A stretch of 64,000 nt of DNA from Azolla caroliniana (taxonomy: Eukaryota; Plantae; Polypodiophyta): the NCBI GenBank assembly GCA_043228905.1, contig JBHGNT010000015.1, positions 17,298,001 to 17,362,000 on the forward strand, written 5' to 3'. The translations under genes and the position numbers were made by a program. Below the pieces are notes generated by a model. That model worked only from the letters and a program-made list of their open reading frames with translations. It was not told the DNA's origin and did no database searches. Below, piece by piece: positions 34,234-47,812 of this stretch (position 1 is its first letter; each line of letters opens with the position of its first letter).

Positions 34234-34876
34234 TCATTAGAGGCATCAAAGATAGGTGTGGATGTACGGGCACCTTGTACCAGTGGCCATCTTGAGAGAG
34301 AAAATGTGTTTTCTACAACTGCAATGCTTGTACACACATCCACAAAGGTACTGTTGATAGTCAAATTATCACTCATCTCCTGTACACACATCCACAAAGG
34401 TACCGCTCGTTTCGACTTCATTGGATGTGTCGATTTCTTCAATCGACTCAGCTTCCTTTTTCTTCTTGTCTTTGGATGCTTCTCCAGTGCCTTTACCTGT
34501 TCTGCCGATTCCTATTCCGGTTCTCCCCCTCAAGTGCGACATGTCAAGATGTTGTGGCCCAAGCATCTCCGAAAAGTATTGCAATTTCTGTAATTTCTTT
34601 GTAATTTCTATCATTTCTGTAATTTCTTTATAATTTTTTTAATTTCTATGTCATTTCTTTGTAATTTTTGTAATTTTTCTTTTATTTGCTCTATAATTTC
34701 TGTAATTTTTCTATAAAGGTTGTAATTTCTTTAACTTTTCTATAATTTCTATCATTTTAAAATGATTCGTGTAATGTCTATACACACATACTAAGCTATG
34801 TAGTACAAAATTTATATGCACAAAAATTACAATAAATAGATTTTGCTATTTACGTTTTACATTAATTTAGGAACTA

Positions 34877-35204
34877 ATGGGTAGACAAAAAGGCCTAGAG
34901 TGGGAACATGTTCTAATTCAAGTAAAGAATGCAACAAGAACACATTTGATGAAATCCAAATATTGTAATCATGTCTTTGTTGGTGGCCCTCATCAAATTA
35001 GGGCCCATATATTGGGAATAAGAGGATGACATGATTGAGAAAGAAAATGATGAAGAACGGTTATTGGTGTTGCAAAGTGAACCAGAAGCACAAGAAGTTG
35101 ATGAAAATGAGAGCCTCACCAATGTGATAGCTTATCTTGATGATAATGCACAAGATGAGGATAATGATTTTGAAGATGATGATATCACCTTGACTGAAGA
35201 TTAG
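34877..35204 (+). pseudogene. hAT-like transposase relic (BED zinc finger joined to an acidic C-terminal tail)
   Basis: MGRQKGLEWEHV...KYCNHVFVGGPHQIRAHILG followed directly by an Asp/Glu-rich tail, implying an internal deletion. Confidence 0.6.
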
Positions 35205-35389
35205 GAATGTTCGTTTTGATGTAACACCTCATTGAGATTTTTTTGAAGACTAGGCATTTTGGATAGTTGTTATTAGAATTTACGAAAAAAAGCATATTGT
35301 TATTAAGAAGGTAATGTGTTTTGTTTTTGCAATTTTTAAAAATTTTTTTACCTTGAAAAAATATTTATCCAACTTTCAATATCATTCTT

Positions 35390-36462
35390 GACCATCATCT
35401 CACCTTGAAAGTTGCCCATGTTTGATGCTCCGTCTGTAGCTCTTGGATCCTTTCTTGTAGCCCAATTGCAGCAATTTGGCTAAAGCTATTACTTTTTCCG
35501 TTTCGCTGACACCTCATTTAAGCATTTCCTCAATGTAAATCTTCAGAAATCTTGTTAAATTCATACCTTCGATGATTCTTACTCGTGCGAGAGTATTTTT
35601 GACGGATTTGTAGATGCTTGATATCATCCCTTCCTCCCGCATCATTCATTCCATTATCATACACAAAAGTCTCATTTGCTCATCCATTTTTCCTTGTTGC
35701 CGCCTTCACATCAGGTTCACCAAATATGTTGGGGTAGTTGTGGTTCGTGCGGTGAAGTCACAGGGACTAATGTTAATGGGAGTTTGAGCAAATTTTTATA
35801 AGGATTGTGCGACGATGTCACAAAGATTAAGGATAGAAGGAATAAGAGTTAAAAGTAATGTGTGTGAGAGAGAGACGAGCATAGATAAGACACAGAGACA
35901 ATGTATGATTTACGAAGCAAGAGTATACTATATGAACATGATTTATATTAAGAATACAAGATTTACCAAGTCTACAATGCTTGATCACAAGATAAAACCT
36001 TTCTCTACCAAATTTTGGATTGAACCCTCGACTTCAACTTCAACTTCAACTTCTAAACACAAGACACTTCCCATATGAGCTAACTTCTTCTTATTGATTT
36101 TTATTTTCTGATTTCCTCTTGATTGATTCCTTATTTTTTCTTGATTAATCCCTTGATTCCTTGCCTCTCTTTATAGGTTCTCTCATGCATATGATTCATG
36201 AGGGTGCATGGCATGCATGATCGTCATTTGGCGCACATGCGTTACATGTGATGCATGATAGCCATCATGCTCATCTAAGCTCTAATGTATGAAAATAGAC
36301 ATGCCATAAGTATGATGATCAAAATATAATTATAGAAAATACTTATTTTAATGGTATATACTTTGTACTTGGTATGTAAGGTTATGGGTTCAAGTCTCTC
36401 AAATGTTACTCAGTACAATATTCAAGTTTATCTTTATATCGTGAAGCAATTTCTTCATGACA
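35390..36462 (-). mobile_element. Old relic of the G1/G2 lineage: LTR about 35727-36462, Trp PBS, gag N-terminus
   Basis: Minus strand begins TGTCATGAAGAAA (G1: TGTCGTGAAGAAA). PBS TGGTGAACCTGATGTGAA at 35705-35722. Gag-like EGMNLTRFLKIYIEEML resembles G1 DGRDATKYLASYGAEML. Confidence 0.72.
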
Positions 36463-37471
36463 ACGTGAAGTGTTGTGACTTGCCTAGTTGGTCTAGAAAG
36501 TCGTCAAGTCGAGGGAGCGGATATAGGTAATGTATCGCCACCTTATTTAACTGCCGAGAATTGATGTAGATTTAAATGGCAAAATTTGATGTGAAATTGA
36601 ATGTACCATCTCTTAGAAAATATAAGGAAAATAATACAAATTGTGAAATAAAATAAATAAATAAATAAAACAATTATGACCCTAATATGAAGAGTCATAC
36701 GAACAGTTACACCTGTAAATAAAAGGACACATTTGTCCTATAAGAATAACAATACACGCTGTCGTGAAGAAAACCGTCCAAGGGTGGAATTGGGGCACCA
36801 AGGCGTGGGAACCGGCTCTTCACGCACGTGCGCGCCAAGTTGTACATAGAGGCGAATTAGGTACCTAGGAGGATCGAAGTGGTTAGATACGGTAGGTGGG
36901 AATTTAATGCCGAACGGCTCCTTCCTGACCGATAAAAGGAGGAGGACGGGGAGACACAAAGGATCGCGCGGAGAGGACGAAGTGCTGTCGGACCGATTCT
37001 GGACGCTTCTCTCTCTGTTCTCCTTCCCTTTTTCTCCATAGCTTTTCCTGTGCAGGTTTTCGAGGAGGCTCACGCTGTTTCGAGGAACGCCCGAGTGCTT
37101 CCGGCAACACCTCCGACCTGCTCCCTTTTGTGCGACGCAGCGAACAGGCATCGACATTTGTTCGCCGGCCTGTTCGGTTGTAACCATCCTGTGCCCCATC
37201 GCAGGTTGTAGCTTCTTGATCAGATATTTGCTTATATATATATATTCGTTTGTTTGCGTCTACCTGTGTCGGCTCTATTTGCGTTCTCTGTGTTGAAGGG
37301 CCGTGTCCCTGTGTATCCCCGGTCCTGCGTAACCGGTCCTCTCTCTTTCTCCACCCTCGCTTGCTCTTCGGTTCAAGACCCCCGCGGTCCCGCCTCGTTT
37401 CTATACGCACTTGCGTAATATCGCGACATCTTGGTGAACCCGACGTGAAAGAGGCGGCAGAAGAGCAGGAA

Positions 37472-39597
37472 ATGAGGGGATCGGATCTTGCAGAGGCCAT
37501 GGCTTCGGCCGTTGACCGGTTAGTAAACGCACGCGAGGGCTCCGACGCCCTCGACAGAGCCATTGAGGCGGTCGTCGGTACAATTGGCCGATTCAGCGGA
37601 AAGGATGCCACGAAGTACTTGGCGTCCTACGGTGCAGAGATGCTGATGCGGGACATTCCGGAAGAAAAGCGTCTTGCCGGATTTCCCCGAGTGGCGATGC
37701 CGAGCATCCATGCGGAGGTGCTCGAGGTGCGGGCGGAGAGCCATACCTGGGAGGAGTTCGAAGGTCGGCTCCTAGAGAAATACGGGCTGGACGACGCGCT
37801 CCGGCTTTCGAAACGAAGCTTCATGGAATGGGTGGAGTCCCCCGGGAAGGGAAGAAACGCGTCGGCACTCCTCCGGGAGTTTGAGGAAAACTTTGCGCGC
37901 CTTTCGACGCTTGACCGAACGATCCTGGATACAAGCCGGGTCCTACTGTTCGTCAAGTCGGTGGACGAGCGGGATCGGGATCACGTGGGCGCCCTGCTGG
38001 AAACCGAAGACGGGCTGACGACCGACTGGGCGGCGGTTAAGAGAGCCTGCGGCCGTTTCGACAAACAACGAGAATGGGCGGATAACGGGGCGACCGGGTC
38101 GGGCTCGGGCGCAGCAAGGAAGCTTGAACCGGCGCAGCCGGTGCGAAAGGGAGAGACCCGGGAGTGGTTGGAAACCGGTTCAGCTTCGACCGGCGTGATC
38201 AGAGGCTCGACCAGAGGAGCTGCGCTGGAGGAATTGACGAGGGCAATAAAGGACCTCCAAATTGCACAAGCCCGCAGGGAAGGCGGCGAACCGGCTCGCG
38301 ACCAACGGCCGCAGCGGAAAACAGATGCATGTGGTGCGACGAGGTCGGCCACATTCGGAAGGACTGCGGCGATTTTGCAGAGGCGCTGAAGAACCGGGTG
38401 GTGTACCTGTGGGAAGGCCGGGTGCACGCCAGCGACACCAGAAGGGCCCTAAACCGAAACGACGGGCGAGGAGGAATGAAGAGACTGATGGAAGAGGCGG
38501 CGGCCCGACATGCGGAAACCGTCCACTACTCGGCGTCGGCCGGCATTCGGGTCGGGGGCAGCGAGGCCCGAAAGGAAAGCAAAGCCGGATTCTGGTCGGC
38601 GATGCTGGAAGGACTCACCGGTACGCGGCTGAAAGGGGACGAAGCGGACCGCGCGGAGAAACGGGTCCGGGAGATAACCGGGTGGAGCGACCCGATCGAG
38701 GAAAAGACGGGCTTCGTGGAAGCCGCCTGCCAGAACTACGAGGCTCTGGTAAAAGAGAAGCGGGTGGGGAAAACCGGAACGACCGGGCCCTTACAACGAT
38801 ACGAGACCCGGTTCGGGCAACGACGGAACGAGGCCGGCGGGTCCAGTGCGCAAGATAACCCTAGGAAGGGCGGATACCGACTGGGGACGGAAATAGAGAG
38901 GACCACGGACCTGCGGAAGGTCCTAGAAGAACGGATCCTCGACAACAAGGTGGAGCTGTCATTACGGGAAGTGCTAGGAATCGCCAGGAAGGAGTTGCAC
39001 GACTCCATCGTGGACTTGGTGAAGCGGAAGAGGCTGTCAACGGAGGTAGAACCGGAAAGACCGGTAGAGGTGCGGACGACGCACCTAGACGACATGTCGC
39101 TGGAAGATGAGTGGGCGGAGAGCCACTATTCGAGGCCACACTGGGCCCGAGCGACCACGGAAACCCCGGTGAAGATCGGAGATGTCCAGGAACCGGTGGT
39201 AGCTTTGGTGGACCACGGTTCGGAGATCAACCTAATGTCCATGGACTTCTACAAGAAGGGCAAATGGCCGATCAACACCAAGCACGGGTGGAAGATACGG
39301 GCGGCGACGCGCGCCACCGAGGAACTGCACGGGGCCTGCCCGAACGTGCGGGTCAAGATCGGCGACGTCGAGATTGACCAACACTTCTTCGTACAGGAGA
39401 CGTCCTCGCATCCGGTAATATTGGGAGAGCCGTACATCACGGCGGCGCGAATGGAGACCAAGGTGCTGAATAACGGTTCGGCCTATGCAAGGGTCAAAAG
39501 CCAGGACGGGCGCCATTCGGTCCAGTTTCTGACGGTACGGCCGAACCGCGAACGTAACCACGACTCCCTCGGTTCCGAAAACCGAGAGGATTTTTAG
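37472..39597 (+). pseudogene. gag: G2 gag-protease with one frameshift near 38310
   Basis: ORFs 37250-38389 and 38164-39597 together are collinear with G1 ORF1. Confidence 0.9.
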
Positions 39598-42500
39598 AGA
39601 GGACTGCCAGGGCGTGGGGCCGCGACAGTCCGGATGCTCCGGGAAAACCCCACATCTGTACGATAAGACTGTGTACAATAGGTAGGAAATTTTGCTTCTC
39701 CGACAGCGGAGCATGTACGATAGTCGGCATCGCCGGCCGAGAGAAGACAAAGACGGAGGGGAGACTTCGAGCGTGCGGAGTTCTCGGCCCTGACGAGGAA
39801 ATCAACGGAGCCGTGGAGGCGGTCTCCTTCGACGACACCTTGGGAATGCTGGAGAAGGTAGTCGAAGAGGACCTTAACGAAGACCGGACGATACCGGTAT
39901 GTTCCGAAGAGATGTACGAAGCCATCGCGGACTTTGGTCGGGGGCTCGAGTCGGACCGGACGGCCCGAGTAAGCACCAAGTACAAGACTGTGGACCGGAA
40001 GGTAAGGCCAGTCGCGGTACCCTTACCGGAGGGCAGCGAGTCGCGAATCAAAGGGGTTGCATCGGACCCCAGCTTACGAGATCCGGCCTGCATAGGACAC
40101 ACCTTCACCAACGAGACACTCCGGGAGCTCAAAATCGGTGGGGGCGGGTTCCTACTACCGGCGGAGGAAGACCGGTTTCGGAGAATGCTCGGAAGGCACG
40201 GGAAAGCCTTCGCATTCTCACCGGAGGAAATCGGGTTCGTAGACCCGACGATCGTAGAGCCGATGGTGATATTCACGGTACCGCATGTACCGTGGAATCT
40301 CAAGCCAATTCCGGTTCCGAGAGCTCACATCCCGAAGTTGATGGAGCTGTTGAAGCAGAAAGTTGATATGGGCATTCTCGAGCCGTCGAGCGCCCCGTAT
40401 TCAAACCGATGGTTTACCGTACCAAAGAAAAACGGATCATTGCGCTTCATTCAGGACCTGCAACCGGTCAATAGGGTGACCATTCGGAACGCAGGGATCG
40501 GACCGACCATAGACGAGTTCGCGGAAGCCTTCGCCGGAAGGTCGATTTACTCGGTTGGAGATCTATACTCAGGGTACGACCAGTTCCAGCTAGCCGTGGA
40601 GAGCAGAGACATTACGACGATGCGAACTCCCCTCGGCCTAGTGCGGATGTGTACGCTGCCGCAAGGAGGGACCAACTCGGTGGCCCACATGGTGAATGCG
40701 ATGAACAAGGTTCTGAGGGACTGCATCCCGGACATCACCATGCCGTTTCTGGACGACATCCCGATCAAGGGATGCCCGGTAGCAGAGAAGGACGAGACGA
40801 TCGGGCCGGACGAATGCCGGCGATTCGTGGCGACGCACATCGACGATTGCGAGAAGGTGCTGCAAAGGCTAGAGGATGCGAGGCTCACCTTCTCGGGGGA
40901 GAAATCAGCCTTCGGGCAGTCGGAAATCATGGTGGTCGGACACTTATGTGGGCCATATGGCCGGAAACCGTCTCCGGCAAAGATAGAAGCCATCTCCGCG
41001 ATGAAGCCCGACTGCAGCTCGGTCACGGAAGTACGAAGATTCTTGGGAGCATGCGCGTTTTACCACATATGGATCCCGCATTACGCACACGTCGCGGAGC
41101 CGCTGTACGGGTTGCTGAAGAAAGGGCGAAGGTTCGAATGGCTTGACGAGCACACGGAGTCGGTCCGGAAGCTGAAGGAGGCTCTTTCGGTAGCACCGGC
41201 GCTCCGGAAGGCCGTCTACAAGAAGGGCACCCCAGTATACATAACGGTTGACACGAGTCCGACCGGAATCGGGTGGGTCGTCAACCAACAAGACGAGGAC
41301 GGCAATCGGTTTCCGATCCGATTCGGTGCGAAAGTCCTCAGTGAGCGGCAGCGAGGATACGCCCAGGTTAAACGCGAACTCTGGGGTATCGTTTCGGCGG
41401 TAAAAGCCGACAAAGACTATCTGATCGGGACAGAAGTGATTATCGAGACGGATTGCCTGCCAATTCTCGGCATGGTTTCCGGATGCGCGATGCCGGACCT
41501 GGCGATGCTCAGGTGGATAGCGTACATCAAGTCCCTGGACCCGGAAATACGACACATTTCCTGGAAAGACAACGCCATGGCCGACATGCTTTCGAGGGTG
41601 AGGTTCGATGACGAGGGCGGCATGGTTTCGGAGGACGAAGAGGTCGGCGTGGACTTCTTCGAGGCAGCATACGTAACAACAGACGGGACGAGCACTCCGG
41701 CGCTTAACGACTTCGACGCGAGCAAGTACGACGGGGAGTGGCTGCGGATCGGCGGGTTCTTGAGGACAATGGCGCCGGATGCGTCATGGACGAAAGACGA
41801 GGGCAACCGGATCCGGAAGAAAGCGTACCGGTTCTTTCTCCGGGATGGCTATCTATGGAAACACCCGAAGAAGAGGAGCGGCGTCCCGCTCCGGGTGGTG
41901 GCGATGAAGGAAGAACAGGAGGAGCTGTTGGCGGCCTACCACGACAGCCCTTGGGCTGGACACCGTGGAACGTGGGCCACGTTCGAGAAACTAAAGGGGA
42001 AGTACTGGTGGCCGGGATTGTACCGAGACGTGCGTCGGTTCGTGACGACTTGCGAAAACTGTCAGATGCACTCCGTAGTCCGACACCGGGACGAGCTTCA
42101 CCCTACGTACCCTCCGACCATCCACTTCAAATGGATGGTAGATCTGGTGACGATGCCAATGGGGGTAGGACAGATGCGGTATCTGGTCCTAGCACGGGAG
42201 GATCTGACGAACCAGGTGGAAGGCCGGGCCCTTCAGAACAAAACGACCGCGGCCGTATGTCGGTTCCTAATCGAGGACGTGATATGCCGGTACGGGTGCG
42301 TCGGGAAGATCGTGGCTGACCGAGGGGAGTTGGACGCCGAAGAAGCCGCGGAGCTGTTCGACCGGCTGGGAGTCAAGCTCTCGCTCACCACTGCGTACAA
42401 TCCGGAGGCGAATGGAAAGGTGGAGCGCGGACACGGGCCGATCGTCAAGGCGCTGGTTCGGGCATGCGGAGGCCAAGTCGGTAACTGGCCGCGGCTGCTA

Positions 42501-43076
42501 CCTTATGCTTTGTGGGCAGACCGGACTACGCACAGTTCGGTAACCGGGTACATGCCGACGGAGCTCATGTTCGGCCAGAAGCCGATCATGCCGATGGAAC
42601 GGACGATCTCCTCATGGGCAACGGTCGACTGGAGGGACGAGATGAGCCGGGAGGAGTTGTTGGCCGCGCGTATACGACAACTCGAGCGGAGACCGGAGGA
42701 CGTGGAGCTGGCTGCGGAGAAGCTCCGGGTGGCGAGGACAAAGAACAAAGCCAGGTTCGACCGAACGCACTGGCTCTGACCGAAGAAGATCGAGGAAGGT
42801 GACTGGGTGCTCGTCTACGACAACAGCCTCGACAACCAGCACCGGGCTACACGGAAGTTCGCGCGGAGATGGTTTGGGCCGTACGCGGTACAAAGCGCCA
42901 ACGACAACGGGACGTATCACCTGGCGGAACTCGACGGCACGAGAATGGCGATACCCGTGGCTGGAAAGAGGATCAAATCCTTCAAGAAGCGACACGACGA
43001 CGAGCCAGACCCGGTTCTCCTGGACAGCAGCGACGACCGGTCCGAGACCGAGGAAGGACCGATGGGCGAAGAGTGA
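39594..43076 (+). pseudogene. pol: G2 pol (RT-RH-INT) with a premature TGA at 42777-42779
   Basis: Highly similar to G1 ORF2; CGA to TGA change, with the frame continuing to 43076. Confidence 0.92.
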
Positions 43077-44768
43077 AAGCGGGCCGGTTTTCTCCGTCCC
43101 AACTTAATTTGGCGCATACCGGTGGATGCGCGGTTAGGTGGGGGCGGATGTCGTGAAGAAAACCGTCCAAGGGTGGAATTGGGGCACCAAGGCGTGGGAA
43201 CCGGCTCTTCACGCACGTGCGCGCCAAGTTGTACATAGAGGCGAATTAGGTACCTAGGAGGATCGAAGTGGTTAGATACGGTAGGTGGGAATTTAATGCC
43301 GAACGGCTCCTTCTTGACCGATAAAAGGAGGAGGACGGGGAGACACAAAGGATCGCGCGGAGAGGACGAAGTGCTGTCGGACCGATTCTGGACGCTTCTC
43401 TCTCTGTTCTCCTTCCCTTTTTCTCCATAGCTTTTCCTGTGCAGGTTTTCGAGGAGGCTCGCGCTGTTTCGAGGAACGCCCGAGTGCTTCCGGCAGCACC
43501 TCCGACCTGCTCCCTTTTGTGCGACGCAGCGAACAGGCATCGGCATCTGTTCGCCGGCCTGTTCGGTTGTAACCATCCTGTGCCCCATCGCGGGTTGTAG
43601 CTTCTTGATCAAATATTTGCTTATATATATATATTCGTTTGTTTGCGTCTACCTGTGTCGGCGTCTATTCGCGTTCTCTGTGTTGAAGGGCCGTGTCCCT
43701 GTGTATCCCTGGTCCTGCGTAACCGGTCCTCTCTCTTTCTCCACCCTCGCTTGCTCTTCGGTTCAAGACCCCCGCGGTCCCGCCTCGTTTCTATACGCAC
43801 TTGCGTAATATCGCGACAACGCCAGAAAAGAGCCAGAACAATTTCTAAATTAAACAAATTCATCTTTCGATCTCTCTCTAAATTTCTACATGGTATCAGA
43901 GTAGGTTCCCTATTCTACCATAGAAAAATCAGAGAACGGCATGTAGATCAAACTCTCTGCACAGAAACAATAAATCACAGAATAGGCTAGAACTTTTTAC
44001 CCTCTTCTAAGACTTGCACACACATGTTTTTTTGAACAAATAATCTTTCATAGCAATGGCTCATGCAACACCTTCATCCCAAAACTTTTCGTATAGAAAA
44101 ACAAAAATTAGCAAATTGAATAACACAAATTATGGAGTCTAGAGTAGCAAAATGATTCTCCTTTTCAATAAGCCAACTTTAGTATCACTATATTTTTTTT
44201 CTCTCGCACCGTTCACAACCATGTGTAGGGTTGCCCTCTTTGCAGCAAGTTTGTCTATGATCTCTACACCTTTCACTAAGTCTAGGGATGACTTCATAGA
44301 CTATACAATCTCTTCTAAAACACATTGGTCCCTAAATTTTATTCTCCCCATGTTTTTATTCAAACGTTAATGGTGTAACACTCTACATATAATATCCATA
44401 TGATCCTCTTCACCAAATCTCTTCGTTATTTCTACCAAATAACGGACTATGTGAAGAACCACTCGTCTCTTGGTCCTTTCAGATATACATGAGTTACTTG
44501 ACAACTCACCTCATTGGGGATCCCCATTTGGTCACTAGATTTATCCAAAAAAATTAAGTGTCTTGCGAGAGTAGTTAATGTTATATAGTCTACACTAAGA
44601 AATCACAATCAAATGTTTTTAAATGCGGCTTGCAAAGTGAGAAATAATTCGTTTTGGACATTAGAATTATCAATCAAAGATGACAATTATCATTTCTTTA
44701 TACACAAATTTCTAAAAATGAAAAAATTTAGTACTGAAAATGAAAAAATAGTTCGGAAATTTAGTACT

Positions 44769-45030
44769 GGAAAGGAACCTCCAATGGTGGAGGGAGCGTT
44801 TCAAATCTATGCGATATGCCGCCTCGATTTGGTGGAAGGAACCTCCAATGGTGGAGGGAGCATTAAATCTATCTGATATGCCGCCTTGATTTGGTGGAAT
44901 GAACCTTCAATGGTGGAGGGAGCCTTGAATCTGTGTGATATGCCGCCTCGATTTGGTGGTAGGAACCTCCAATGGTGGAGGGGGCCTTGAATCTGTGTGA
45001 TATGCCACCTCGATTCGGTGGAAGGATCCT
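44769..45030. repeat. 62-bp tandem repeat, about 4 copies
   Basis: GGAACCTCCAATGGTGGAGGG-like starts at 44774, 44838, 44900, 44962, with a degenerate one at 45024. Confidence 0.9.
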
Positions 45031-45574
45031 TGCCTCGGTGGAAAAAGCCTCAAATCACCGCGAGATAAACTGCAATCAATGGAAGAAGCAAGAAAATCAT
45101 TCTCGAAGAAGTCACTATTGGCTATTATAAGAGGTCTCAGAACAGTCTCTAATCCTCAACTCAAACCCTAAAATAGAAACCCTAACAAAACAAGAAATCC
45201 TCAACTCAAAACCAGAAACCTGACATGGATGTTTGAGATATGCTCCCTAAACCCTAACAAACCTCTTACATTGGAGGAAAACTAGAAACCTGACATGGAT
45301 GTCTCAGATCAAGAGCTCAAAGGGATAGAGGAAGAGGAGTAAGAGGAGTTGGTTTGAGGGGAAGCGCCAAAAACGACGTGAGGGGAAAATAGCCCCCAAA
45401 ATGGAAAGATCATCTCCTCACGTGTTCCCCCCACTCCTTGTCTTAAATGACACTTGTATTACACTCACCCCACTCCCCAAAATTGATAGATTTTTTTTCT
45501 CAATTATTTAGTACTAACAGTATCGAAAGGACTGACATTTTTTGTGGCCAAAAACAGTACTTTTCTAGTACACC

Positions 45575-47624
45575 ATAGCGTGCTTCCACCCTAGTGTCCT
45601 GTTTTATTACATTTAAAGCAAGTAATCGAGGCTTATTTTCTAGATTCCCCTTGCTTGAAGTGACCCGATTGAGCTTGACGGGGAGGGTCATCTCGGGGCG
45701 GTGTGTCATATTGTTGTGCTCTGCGATGATCATCCCATAGCTCAGGGCGACGATTATCCGTCCCACGGTGATCTCGACGCCGATTGTCTGAGGGGCGCCG
45801 ATTATTGCCTTGTTGGCAATTATTGTGACCATGATTATTCTAGGGATGCCTTACCTCATGCCATCGGTCGGGATGGTATTTAGACTCATATTTGTCATCA
45901 CAATCATAGTCATAACGATAATGATTCTTAGATGTTCTATAGCGGTCCTCCATTGGCCGGTAACGATCTTCCGCCAACCAATAACGATCGTTGTAGTGAG
46001 GTCACTCGGCGTCCCAAAGTGAGGCGGCGGTCTAGTGCGATCATCATGTCAGGGGCGATCGTGGCAAAGCTCAATCTGTCGAACTGGGACGGTAGCAGTG
46101 CGGTTTAACATGTTGTACTCGCATTGCTCAACTCTGTGAGCTTGGGAATGGCAGATTGGGCAATCTGGTCAGAGGGCGTAGTCTACTATCGAGTGGCCGG
46201 GATTCAAGCACGTGGTGCATTGTATAGCTTGCTGGAATTGGGCTTCCTCTGTTGTCGGCAAGGCGCCATGGGGAGAGATCATGGAGAAGGAGTTGTGGTT
46301 TTGGGCCTTGTCCATGGCGAGAACTCGATCGACAACTTGCTTGATCGTTTGTTGAGAAAAGTCGACGAGAGCTAATGTAGTTCGAAGGGGCTCGGTGAGG
46401 AAAGTTTCTTTTAGGTGATCAATTGAGACATCCTGAGGTAGTTATTGTGGGATCGCCTCATGAGGCGCTTGCGCGATAACGTAGAACTAGCAGAGTAGTT
46501 CCTGCTTGGGTATCTCCTGATGGAACAGACGGAGGAAGCGATCTCGGATGACTTGAAAGGAAGCGAACTCCCCCAAATCGTGCTGGGAGTACCAACGCCC
46601 TATTGGCCCATCGACGGATAAAGCAAACTCCACGATTTTGGATGATTTGGCCTTGACATCGGCCAAGCGCTGTGACACATGGTTTGCTTTCCATGTGGAC
46701 AAGAAAGATCTAACATGCGACTCTGTATCAGTGCCATCTGTGTATCTTGGATACGGATATGACATCGTGTCGAAGTCAGGGTCTTTTGGTAGCGCCGGTA
46801 AGAGGTTGTCTTCCTTTTGGTTGACTTCGGAGGTGCTACTAGGCGAGGTGGGGTCAGGACCCGCGGTTGAGTGGGCGTCTGATGCCGGTAGCGATGATTG
46901 CTCTGTGAGAGTTGAGTCAGTAGTGTTGTCTGCTTGTTTGGGACGTCGGGACATTAGCCGAGTGCATGTGCCTCTGGGGGCGTTGTTATGGTGACTGCAT
47001 GTTTCTCCTATGCATTGTTCGTTGTGGCCTCACAGCATGAGCCGAGCATGCCAAATTGTGTTACTCCTTCTTGGAAAACACCTTCAATTACTTCTCCTGA
47101 GTAATTGGGTCAAGGAATCATGGTGCGTAGAGACTTGTGCCCCGAGCCAAATCGGATCACTCTCGAAAGAGAGAATGGTACTCAAATGAATCGGCGACAA
47201 CCGATTCATAACACTAATTTCACAGATCGAACATAGGTATATGAAAATAGATAGATTTGAGATAGAAACAATGATTTCCCACAAGGTATAATAGCATACA
47301 ATACAAGAACATTACACTACCGAGTAAACTCAGTATAGTACTCACTCACTCATCCCAGTTTAAGCTTAGTGCTCTACGGATTTAGTCTACGATCTCTATG
47401 GTTTTTCTATATGATCCTCTCCCTATGTGTTCGCCACTTCCTCAATTATATAGCTTTTCCATGACTCGCCACTTTCCCAACTACTCCCTCCTTGATCTTC
47501 AGCTTTTACGTTCGGCTATTTGTAATCGGCTTCTTTTGGTCCTTTCACATTCGTCCCCGCGTCTTTTCCACTCTTGTCATACTCGTTCCTTTCACGCTTT
47601 GTCCTTTCTGTCCCACTGGTAACA
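45575..47624 (-). mobile_element. Truncated gypsy related to B: 5' LTR 47059-47624, PBS, degenerate gag
   Basis: TGTTAC...GTAACA termini; TGGCATGCTCGGC PBS-like at 47041-47053; ORF 46487-46954 (YPRYTDGTDTESHVRSFLSTW) resembles B gag. Confidence 0.8.
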
Positions 47625-47704
47625 GGTAGAATGTTACTTTATTCTCTCATCATAAACTCACAATATATCCTACATTCTTCACCTTGAGGATAAATATTGC
47701 TTGA

Positions 47705-47775
47705 TTGCACTGATCTACATAGGCAATGCCCAATAGATTTCAAGTCTATTGCCTTAACCCCTTGCCAAGTCAATC
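47705..47775 (-). pseudogene. tRNA-Ser(UGA)-like pseudogene, T-arm decayed
   Basis: Minus strand GGTTAAGGC ATAGA-CTTGAAA-TCTAT TGGGC: D-loop end, paired anticodon arm with TGA, and start of a long variable arm. Confidence 0.6.
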
Positions 47776-47812
47776 ATATAGATGGGTTGACATTGGTTTT
47801 AGTTAGTGTTTT

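Larger units (their letters stand above)
36760..43818 (+). mobile_element. Ty3/gypsy element G2, full-length relative of G1; 4-bp TSD ACGC
   Basis: LTRs 36760-37428 and 43149-43818 (about 10 differences by eye). ACGC at 36756-36759 and 43819-43822. Trp PBS 37432-37449; PPT precedes 43149. Confidence 0.96.
36565..44160 (+). mobile_element. copia relic (AT-rich LTR split by G2, Met PBS, gag start)
   Basis: TGTAGA at 36565 and TCTACA ending at 43890; TGGTATCAGAGT at 43891-43902; ISKLNNTNYGV*SSKM near 44110-44154. The left LTR boundary is tentative. Confidence 0.6.

Noticed and set aside
34590-34760. Structured repeat in the TAATTTCT-rich tract
   Set aside because: Low-complexity degenerate sequence with no stable period.
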